This document shows, piece after piece, positions 57,233 to 64,000 of a DNA stretch of 64,000 nucleotides; the first letter of the stretch is position 1, and every line of letters starts with the position of its first letter. Where the stretch lies: positions 1,658-65,657 of the forward strand of contig WQXH01000006.1 of assembly GCA_009784945.1 (NCBI GenBank), in the 5' to 3' direction. The notes beneath the pieces were generated by a model. It ran no database searches, was not told where the DNA came from, and saw nothing but the letters and a program-made list of their open reading frames with translations. The translations under genes were made by a program, and so were the position numbers. This DNA comes from Coriobacteriia bacterium (lineage in GTDB: Bacteria; Actinomycetota; Coriobacteriia; Coriobacteriales; UBA8131).

Positions 57233-58790
57233 TGCCGCACCTCCCCTCCGCCCTAAAGGTCAGTGCCTCTAAGATGTGCTCGGACAAGACCTGTTCATGC
57301 TGCTCCAGGTCTCCTATGGTGCGCGCGACCGACAGAGCGCGCATGATACCTCGCCCGCTGAGGTTGAGGTGCTCTGCGGCTTCTTCCAGACAGCGACGCT
57401 CCTGCAAGCCAAGCTCGCAGGCCTCAAGTAAACGTACTCCTTCTCCAGCAAAGCCCTGGCTGCTTATACCTTCTAATATCTCGTTTGTGCTGCTCGCCTT
57501 GCTTCCTTTATTCCTCTGCCTGCTCTTGCGCTGGCGAGCAAAGTCTTGTGCCTCTAGTACCGTACTGCGCATATGGGCGGAACTCTTGCCGCTGCCGGTT
57601 GCCAAAACCTCTCCAGGCTTTGAGCGCCACACATCCAATACCATGTCGATGCGATCAAGCAGTGGGCCACCAATACGCAATTGATACTTACGAATCTCTG
57701 CCTCGTTACAAGAGCAGTTTCGGTCTGGGTCGCCATAATAGCCGCATGGGCAAGGATTGGATGCAGCCACAAGCATGAAGTCCGCTGGTAGAGTCGTTGT
57801 TCCTCGTGCTCGCGCCAAAGATACGGTACCGGTTTCTATTGGCTGTCTCAGCATCTGTAGCACCGCAGAGCCAAACTCAGGAATCTCGTCCAAAAAGAGA
57901 ATGCCATTGTGGGCAAGCGTTACTTCTCCCGGGGTAACCGGGGAGCCACCTCCAAGCAGCCCTGCCTTAGTAGCACTGTGATGCGGAGAGCGAAACGGCT
58001 TTTGCCCCTCAAGGATTGAGTCATAGGAGAGACCTGCAACCGAGTGAATCATGGCGGCTTCATAGCGCTCTTGATTGCTCAAAGATGCCATAATCGTTGG
58101 CAGCCTACTGGCAAGCATTGTCTTACCAGAACCAGGTGGCCCAATCATCATAAGAGCGTGCTCTCCTGCTGCGGCAATGATAAGTGCGCGTTTTGCCAGA
58201 TCGCTACCCGCTATGTCGCTGTAGTCGTGGGTTGCTTGATGGGGTGTCTTGCTTCTCTGTAAGGGGTCAGTAAAACTCCCTGTTTGCAGATCAATGAGAC
58301 TGTCAAGACAGTAATGCCTTCCAGGCATGTCAGAAAACACTCCCTGCTCGGCTACAGCACTCAACATGCCCACACCTTGCTCACGTGCCAGTTGTTCGTA
58401 TGCCAACATGCCTCTCACTGACCGTACACTGCCATCAAGCGAGAGTTCTCCTATACAAAGATGGTTAACGATGCCCTCACCACCGATTTGCCCAGTAGCC
58501 AGCAGGATTCCAAGCGCTATAGGCAGATCAAAGCCAGATCCACTCTTGGGAATATCGGAGGGAGCGAGATTGACCAGAATATGCACATGAGGCACGTTAA
58601 ATCCCGAGGCGCGCAGCGCCGCCCTTACCCTGAGACGTGCTTCATTAACTGCTGTGTCGGGCATGCCCACGATGCTGATACCAGGCAGCCCATTGCTAAA
58701 GGAAACCTCCACAGAAACAGGCTTGGCTTCCACGCCAATAATGGCCGCAGTCTGCACATACTTTGTTTTACCATCGTGACACTCAAGCAT
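57219..58790 (-). CDS. comM: YifB/ComM-family Mg-chelatase-like AAA+ ATPase
   Basis: Lon-protease-like N domain, Walker A MIGPPGSGKTMLA, Walker B ILFLDEIPEF, CPCGYYGD zinc motif. Confidence 0.92.
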   Translation of the reverse strand: MLECHDGKTKYVQTAAIIGVEAKPVSVEVSFSNGLPGISIVGMPDTAVNEARLRVRAALRASGFNVPHVHILVNLAPSDIPKSGSGFDLPIALGILLATGQIGGEGIVNHLCIGELSLDGSVRSVRGMLAYEQLAREQGVGMLSAVAEQGVFSDMPGRHYCLDSLIDLQTGSFTDPLQRSKTPHQATHDYSDIAGSDLAKRALIIAAAGEHALMMIGPPGSGKTMLASRLPTIMASLSNQERYEAAMIHSVAGLSYDSILEGQKPFRSPHHSATKAGLLGGGSPVTPGEVTLAHNGILFLDEIPEFGSAVLQMLRQPIETGTVSLARARGTTTLPADFMLVAASNPCPCGYYGDPDRNCSCNEAEIRKYQLRIGGPLLDRIDMVLDVWRSKPGEVLATGSGKSSAHMRSTVLEAQDFARQRKSRQRNKGSKASSTNEILEGISSQGFAGEGVRLLEACELGLQERRCLEEAAEHLNLSGRGIMRALSVARTIGDLEQHEQVLSEHILEALTFRAEGRCGNGSH

Positions 58791-59395
58791 TATTCACCTG
58801 CACCAAAGGCATCGCGATGATGACGAAGCAGGCATTGAGACTCCCCTGTCATCTTTATGGCAATGACATCAAATCTTACGCGCCCAGAGGGGCGCTGGTT
58901 TTGTTCCAGGTAGCACAGGGCAATTCTTTCGTATCTATCGCGGCGCTCGGCGGTTACCGCATACTCAGGAAGCCCCTTGTAGGATAAAGACCTGGTTTTT
59001 ATCTCTATAAAAACCAGGGTGTCGTCTTCGAGCGCAATAACGTCTGCCTCACCCGCAAAGCATTTCCAATTGCGCTTTAAGATATCAAAGCTGTTGTCTT
59101 TGAGATAAACGCATGCCAAATCCTCACCGAGCTTGCCAAGCCTTTGATTTTTGCCCGTGGCAGTAGTGGTTCTTTGACAAGAAGCTCCAGGCTCTTTGCC
59201 CTGCGCATTGGGGTTTTTCTTTCGTTTTGCCGACGTGCTTTTTGTGGCTGTGCCTTTGGTCTTGCCTTTTGCTGCTTTTGTTTTAGTTACTGTGTCGAGC
59301 TGAGTTTTTATTGCGAGCGTACCGTCCATAGTTCTCCAATCGTTATGTGTATTGATTAGAGTATGAACAGCTAAACCAAACTCCCCTACCACCAC
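58790..59395 (-). CDS. yraN: YraN-family (UPF0102) endonuclease-like protein with a Lys/Thr-rich N-terminal extension
   Basis: Core GEDLACVYLKDNSFDILKRNWKCFAGEADVIALEDDTLVFIEIKTR, preceded by about 85 aa rich in K/T/A. The true start is uncertain; an alternative ATG lies at 59329. Confidence 0.8.
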   Translation of the reverse strand: MVVGEFGLAVHTLINTHNDWRTMDGTLAIKTQLDTVTKTKAAKGKTKGTATKSTSAKRKKNPNAQGKEPGASCQRTTTATGKNQRLGKLGEDLACVYLKDNSFDILKRNWKCFAGEADVIALEDDTLVFIEIKTRSLSYKGLPEYAVTAERRDRYERIALCYLEQNQRPSGRVRFDVIAIKMTGESQCLLRHHRDAFGAGE

Positions 59396-59475
59396 GTCAA
59401 AACCACAACAAAAATATGGATTTGGATTCAGTTAAGAATTGGTTAAGTTTGTTGCCCTGTTAGAGACGCAGTGTA

Positions 59476-60162
59476 CTAAAAACTCTCCTGCAAGATACCA
59501 GCGCAGAAGCTTTTGCGGTGTAATTCTGACAGACCGTGTTTTTTGATAGCGGAAATGTGCTCGGCAGAACCATAGCCTTTATTAGACTGCCAACCGTAAC
59601 AAGTATAATCATTACTGTACACAGTCATCAGGGCATCTCTGTGCGTCTTTGCGAGGATTGAGGCAGCAGCTATGCAGGCAGCTCTACTATCTCCTTTGGT
59701 AATGGCTTGCTCTTTGGCATGTATACCCAGAGCAACGCCATCAATGAGTACGATGTCTGGCTCACCTGCCCCAGCTATTACTGCGCCCAAGGCTTGCTTC
59801 ATGCCTTGGCGTACGGCCTCTACAATGCCCATAAAATCGATAGAAGGAGCTTCAATGTCTATAATGCTAAAACTGCTAGCAGTTTTAATGATGTGCCTGG
59901 TGAGCTCCTCGCGTCTTTTGGCGCTTAGCTTCTTTGAGTCATTAAGGCCGCTGATGCGTTTCGTGAGCGGTAGCGAGGTTGCTGCAACAGTAAGAGGTCC
60001 AGCAAGTGATCCCCTGCCCACCTCGTCTATACCAATGATGTTGAGCCCTCTCCCGCAGTCCAACTCCTCAAGAAAGCCATAGAGAGCCTGATCAAGGGCA
60101 GCAGTTTTTTCTACCCTGCTGAGCTTTGGAGCAAAATGAGAATCGGTTATTGAGACAAGCAT
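59476..60162 (-). CDS. rnhB: Ribonuclease HII
   Basis: GIDEVGRGSLAGPL, DSKKLS, GDS..IAAASILAK. Confidence 0.93.
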   Translation of the reverse strand: MLVSITDSHFAPKLSRVEKTAALDQALYGFLEELDCGRGLNIIGIDEVGRGSLAGPLTVAATSLPLTKRISGLNDSKKLSAKRREELTRHIIKTASSFSIIDIEAPSIDFMGIVEAVRQGMKQALGAVIAGAGEPDIVLIDGVALGIHAKEQAITKGDSRAACIAAASILAKTHRDALMTVYSNDYTCYGWQSNKGYGSAEHISAIKKHGLSELHRKSFCAGILQESF

Positions 60163-60213
60163 GGAGAAGTTTGTTGAGTATACCTGGAAAAGCGATGACT
60201 AATGAGCCCTTCT

Positions 60214-60558
60214 TTAGAAGCCCTTCTCGCGGATGCGGGCAGCCTTGCCGACCTTCTTGCGCAGATAGTAAAGCTTGGAGCGACGTACGGCACCGTGGCG
60301 CACAACTTCGATCCTATCAATCTTGGGCGAGTGCACAGGAAAGGTGCGCTCAACTCCTACGCCAAAGCTGATCTTGCGTACGGTAAAGGTCTCGCGGCTC
60401 GAAGCGCCATGCTTACGAATGACATCGCCATGATAAACCTGAATGCGCTCTCGATTGCCCTCGGTAATGCGGTAGTGCACCTTGACATTATCGCCGACAA
60501 AGAACTCCGGAACATCTTGCTTTATTTGTTGCTGCTCAAGAGCACGAATGATATCCAT
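60214..60558 (-). CDS. rplS: 50S ribosomal protein L19
   Basis: [37 protein letters not shown]......S..TFTVRK. ATG at 60558. Confidence 0.93.
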   Translation of the reverse strand: MDIIRALEQQQIKQDVPEFFVGDNVKVHYRITEGNRERIQVYHGDVIRKHGASSRETFTVRKISFGVGVERTFPVHSPKIDRIEVVRHGAVRRSKLYYLRKKVGKAARIREKGF

Positions 60559-60757
60559 GATAGTTAACTCCTGTTTTCTTCCAATCAATTGATTATCGTC
60601 TTCAAGGCGCAAAACCTCAAGCCCTCTTTCAGACGCAGAGAAGAATTATAACGCAACTGGCACTCTAAACAAGACTCTTTCAAAACATTTTGTAGCCCTT
60701 GCGCAACTCCTGCCGGGGCGACACGCAATCCTAAGAGGGCATTTTTGTCCGTAGCCA

Positions 60758-61042
60758 TCATGCTGTATCTGCTAAGTCCTTTTCAACAAGACTTCTCAAA
60801 TAATCCGACCTGCTCATGTTTAACGACTTAGCCCTGGCATCTATAGCTTGTATCCTTGATCTTGGCTCCTTAAAGGTTACTGGTTTAAGCTCCTCGCCAA
60901 AAAGCAGTGGGCGTCCAACGATAATCTCTTCAAAAGGAACGCCTGGGTACTCCCCACGCTCAGCAGCTTCAGACCACTCCTCGATTTGTTGAGCGGTTAC
61001 CCCATACTTCTTTTCGAGTTTCTTGGCGTCCATATTCATCAC
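60758..61042 (-). CDS. Ribbon-helix-helix (CopG/BrnA-like) antitoxin
   Basis: C-terminal RHH (RIQAIDARAKSLNMSRSDYLRSLVEKDL). Its start (GTG 61042, ATG 61039 or ATG 61033) overlaps or abuts the stop of the upstream small gene. Confidence 0.7.
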   Translation of the reverse strand: MMNMDAKKLEKKYGVTAQQIEEWSEAAERGEYPGVPFEEIIVGRPLLFGEELKPVTFKEPRSRIQAIDARAKSLNMSRSDYLRSLVEKDLADTA

Positions 61043-61299
61043 TTCCTTGCCATTCCCAGCTCTTTAAGTATCTTTTCAGTAGGCGGCACTTTTACATGGT
61101 AGATTAGCACGCCAAATGGCTTGTCAATTGCTATGAGCTCGATAAAATTGCCCTTTCTGTCAAAACCAATAGCCACCATCTGGTCAATGTTAGGCAATGC
61201 ACGTCGTTGCTTTCTGATGAAATTGCCCCATGCGTAAATCACATCTTCTTTGGTCAGTCCATGTTTTACAGCATTTGGATGCACTTCAATAGCAAACAA
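61039..61299 (-). CDS. Small toxin-like protein (tentatively BrnT/DUF497-like)
   Basis: 86 aa. The segment NAVKHGLTKEDVIYAW resembles the KHGVSFEE segment of BrnT-type toxins. Toxin-first order with an RHH antitoxin downstream. The family call is tentative. Confidence 0.55.
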   Translation of the reverse strand: MFAIEVHPNAVKHGLTKEDVIYAWGNFIRKQRRALPNIDQMVAIGFDRKGNFIELIAIDKPFGVLIYHVKVPPTEKILKELGMARK

Positions 61300-61311
61300 G
61301 CAAACAGCCTC

Positions 61312-61347
61312 TCTATTACGTACTACAACATTGTACTACGTAATAGA
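61312..61347. promoter_or_regulatory. Palindromic operator candidate upstream of the TA pair
   Basis: TCTATTACGTA (61312-61322) and TACGTAATAGA (61337-61347) are perfect inverted repeats, with an internal direct repeat GTACTAC. Located 13 nt upstream of the toxin start. Confidence 0.4.
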
Positions 61348-61397
61348 AGTGTTGGTCAAATTCAAAGAATTAGCTTTTTAGCCGCCTTGAATTATGG

Positions 61398-61504
61398 TTA
61401 CTGATCAGACCAATTCGTCATTGCGGGCTTGACCCGCAATCTGAGACGCATTTTGCTTAGATTGCGGCTCGGAGGCCGCAATGACGGACTACAGTCTGAC
61501 TAGT
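61398..61504 (+). mobile_element. MITE-like element, copy C
   Basis: About 95% identical to copy A. Flanked by the direct repeat GAATTATG (61390-61397 and 61505-61512), with a 1-nt register ambiguity at the left end. Confidence 0.7.
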
Positions 61505-61714
61505 GAATTATGTGCTACCGGTCACACATCTGTCGCCTTTGGCCAACCCATTATTGTTGTCCTTACTGTCAAGCTAAACATCGCTTCTTGAGATTGCCTA
61601 TGCTACAATAGCCCAGTGTCATTGAGGGTACGGTAGCAGTGCCCAAACAGTCTTTTTCATAGCGCAATGCATACACTTGTTTATCTAATGTCAAAGGAAG
61701 GTTAGGCAGATATC

Positions 61715-62323
61715 ATGGGTTTATTTGACAGAGTTTTTTCTCAGGAAAATCATAAGAATATAATTATTGTTAGCATCATATTGATTATTGCGGGCGCAGC
61801 AACTCTAGTAGTCAATGCAGTGACCTATGATAGATTAACCGAAGCAAGTCAAATGAAGAGTGATGTCACCTACTCAGTAAGTGCGACAAATGTCGAGCGG
61901 GTAGCAACCGAGATATCATCTGCTGAGCTCACCGGTCTTGTAATCCCGGAGTATGAATATGAAGGTGATTATGATTTGTATAGCTTTACGCTTGGCCAAG
62001 ACCACCTCTTGATTCTTTCAGCTGTAAGCACGGCGCAACCAACCAAGAACATACGCGGTCATGCTATTGCACTTGATAGAAATTCCTCGTCACTGCTTGA
62101 TAGCATGGTGTCTGCCCAGGAGCGCACGGACGGAACAACTTACGGAGCCTATGTTTTATGGCATGTGCCATCATCCTTTTTATACACTTATCTTGCTATA
62201 TGCGCCTTGATAATCGCAGGGCTGCTACTCCTGTGTTTGTTCGTGGCAAAAAGGAGCAACAATCAAAAAGACGTAATAAGGCTGCGCGGCATGGGCGGCG
62301 GCGGTTACAACGTGCGGAGATAA
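61715..62323 (+). CDS. Bitopic/2-TM membrane protein with an extracytoplasmic domain of about 130 aa; unknown function
   Basis: TM1 IIIVSIILIIAGAATLVVNAV and TM2 YLAICALIIAGLLLLCLFV, with a basic Gly-rich tail. Its stop lies 23 nt before the STAND gene start. Confidence 0.6.
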   Translation: MGLFDRVFSQENHKNIIIVSIILIIAGAATLVVNAVTYDRLTEASQMKSDVTYSVSATNVERVATEISSAELTGLVIPEYEYEGDYDLYSFTLGQDHLLILSAVSTAQPTKNIRGHAIALDRNSSSLLDSMVSAQERTDGTTYGAYVLWHVPSSFLYTYLAICALIIAGLLLLCLFVAKRSNNQKDVIRLRGMGGGGYNVRR

Positions 62324-62345
62324 TAGTCTTCAAAGGAGCAGGTCA

Positions 62346-64000
62346 ATGGACTGGAAGACTATCAAGATATTTATCAGCAGCACGTTTAATGACATGCATG
62401 CCGAGCGCGATTACCTCATTAAGTATGTGTTCCCCGAGCTGTCCGAATGGTGTGAGGAGCGTAGGATACGGCTCATTGACATTGATTTACGCTGGGGTGT
62501 GACTTCCGATGAATCGCAATCCAATAATGCCGTGCGAAAATGTCTTGAGAACATCGATGAATGTCGGCCGTTTTTCCTCTGCATGATAGGACAGAGACGA
62601 GGGTGGGTGCCTAACGACCCAGTGCGACTTGAGCATGATCGAAAAAAACGAGCACTGAGCGGCAGTGGCAACTGGCTTCAATATGAAATCAGCGATGAAA
62701 CAGCTGCTGAGTATCCGGAGCTCTTAAAAAGAAAGCGCATGCCAAGTGTGCAAGGGGTAGATGACTTAGATATGCCTGTACAGTACTGCTCTGTCACAGA
62801 AATGGAGATAGAGCATGCACTTCTTGAGCCAATGTACCGCATTTTGGACTGGGATGGTGAGCAGCAAGACAGGCAAAGCCCCCTGCCGTGCAATGCGTTG
62901 TTCTTGCAGCGACAGGACAGCTTTACCTCCCTGTTGTCTCCCGAACACCGTTTGATTTATACCAATGATGAGTTGCTTATATGGGGCGATGACCCCAAAA
63001 GAGCGGATAAAGCAGTTAATGAACTTGTGGAGACGGTCAAAAATGGTGGATATGAGCTGGTTTCCTATTCTGCTCGGTGGGATGAACACGTTCAGTCGCC
63101 CGAGCTTTCCGCAGAAACAAACGGTGGCATCATCAGCAAAGGGCGTTTGGTGCTGCCATGCGATTTTAAAGATATTCTTATCAGCAGGCTCCAGGCGCTC
63201 ATTTTAGGCACAGATGGTTTTCGAGACAGAGTAGAGCCTGTTGCACCACCTGTTGACCAATATGAAATCGATATGCAGCAGCAGGAGCAGTTTCTCAATG
63301 CTGTAACGGATAGTGTCGTCGGGCGAGAAGAGCTCATCAACGAGATGAATCAATACCTCGCAAATGATTCTCAACAAATAATGCTGCTCTCTGCACATGC
63401 AGGTTACGGAAAGACGACACTGTTGAAGAATGTTATCAAGCAAGCGAGCTCAAACCGGCTGCTCTACCGGTTTTGCGGGGTGTCGGATCTAACGACTGAC
63501 CCCTATGCGCTCTGGGATGCACTCTGCCATGAAGCTGGGGTGCACACACCTTCATCACTTGATGAACTGAGCAAAGAGTTGCCGAGGCTGCTGGCCGATA
63601 TTGCTCAGCTCGGTGTCAGCGCCATCGTGATTGATGCCGTAGACCAAATGCAAAATGGACTTGCTATGCTCAATTGGTTCAAGCGCCTGTTGCCTGACGG
63701 ATTGAAGTTGATAATAAGCATAAAAATGGATGATGCCAACAAACCGCTCATCGATAGCTTAAGTCAAGACACCGTAATCAATCATTGCACAGTAGGCTCT
63801 TTGAGTGAGCAAGCAGTTCAATTCAGTTTGATTGAGAACTTCCTGCTTCATTATATGAAGGCTTTGGACAATGAACAAAAGAAGGAGTTGTGTGCAAAAA
63901 ACAGTTCCGGCAACCCGCTGTACTTAAAAATTGTTCTCCATGAACTACGAAGGTTTGGGTCATTTAAGCAGCTGCCGCAAGAAATCGAAAGCTATGGGCG
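62346..64000 (+). CDS. DUF4062 (TIR-like) N-terminal domain fused to a STAND/NACHT-type P-loop NTPase; 3-prime end beyond the window
   Basis: Not in the supplied ORF track, because there is no stop in the window. AGGAG lies 7 nt before the ATG at 62346. I translated 551 codons by eye and found no stop. Motifs: KIFISSTFNDMHAERDYL, VFPEL..C, DLRWGV, CRPFFLCMIGQRRGWVP, SVTEMEIEHA, Walker A SAHAGYGKTTLL (nt 63402-63416), Walker B AIVIDAVDQ, and GNPLYLKIVLHELR. Confidence 0.8.
   Translation, partial: MDWKTIKIFISSTFNDMHAERDYLIKYVFPELSEWCEERRIRLIDIDLRWGVTSDESQSNNAVRKCLENIDECRPFFLCMIGQRRGWVPNDPVRLEHDRKKRALSGSGNWLQYEISDETAAEYPELLKRKRMPSVQGVDDLDMPVQYCSVTEMEIEHALLEPMYRILDWDGEQQDRQSPLPCNALFLQRQDSFTSLLSPEHRLIYTNDELLIWGDDPKRADKAVNELVETVKNGGYELVSYSARWDEHVQSPELSAETNGGIISKGRLVLPCDFKDILISRLQALILGTDGFRDRVEPVAPPVDQYEIDMQQQEQFLNAVTDSVVGREELINEMNQYLANDSQQIMLLSAHAGYGKTTLLKNVIKQASSNRLLYRFCGVSDLTTDPYALWDALCHEAGVHTPSSLDELSKELPRLLADIAQLGVSAIVIDAVDQMQNGLAMLNWFKRLLPDGLKLIISIKMDDANKPLIDSLSQDTVINHCTVGSLSEQAVQFSLIENFLLHYMKALDNEQKKELCAKNSSGNPLYLKIVLHELRRFGSFKQLPQEIESYG

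Overview
This is a 64-kb chromosomal window of roughly 50% GC (judged by eye, not computed). It appears to come from an anaerobic Gram-positive bacterium. Gene content fits a Coriobacteriia/Eggerthellaceae-type actinobacterium, but that is inference only, since no search was possible.

Housekeeping backbone:
- uvrA
- nifS-nifU-rrf2
- a variant System I cytochrome c maturation operon, ccmEFABCD
- metY
- iorAB-paaK (aryl-pyruvate to aryl-acetate pathway)
- secG
- a long minus-strand block: ffh-ftsY-smc-rnc-plsX-rpmF-xerC-trmFO-dprA-comM-yraN-rnhB-rplS
- five tRNAs, Arg-CCU, Gly-GCC, Cys-GCA, Leu-GAG and Val-GAC, all with encoded CCA

Accessory content:
- a lactococcin-972-style peptide plus permease plus ABC ATPase locus
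- two large repeat-rich surface proteins, and a third that is cut by the window start
- a response regulator / ABC / histidine kinase peptide-resistance-type module
- a toxin-antitoxin pair
- a frameshifted AT-rich ORF between dprA and trmFO
- a previously unlisted family of about 110-bp MITE-like palindromic elements (3 copies, plus a related 151-bp element), each with flanking direct repeats
- a duplicated tRNA-Leu 3-prime end

The most interesting locus is at the right edge. An ORF that is absent from the supplied track, because it has no stop inside the window (62346..>64000), encodes a DUF4062/TIR-like N-terminal domain fused to a STAND/NACHT-type P-loop NTPase. It is preceded by a co-oriented 2-TM protein, a MITE copy and the TA pair. 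This is a candidate NLR-like antiphage defence locus.

All family assignments rest on motifs read by eye. No database search was run.
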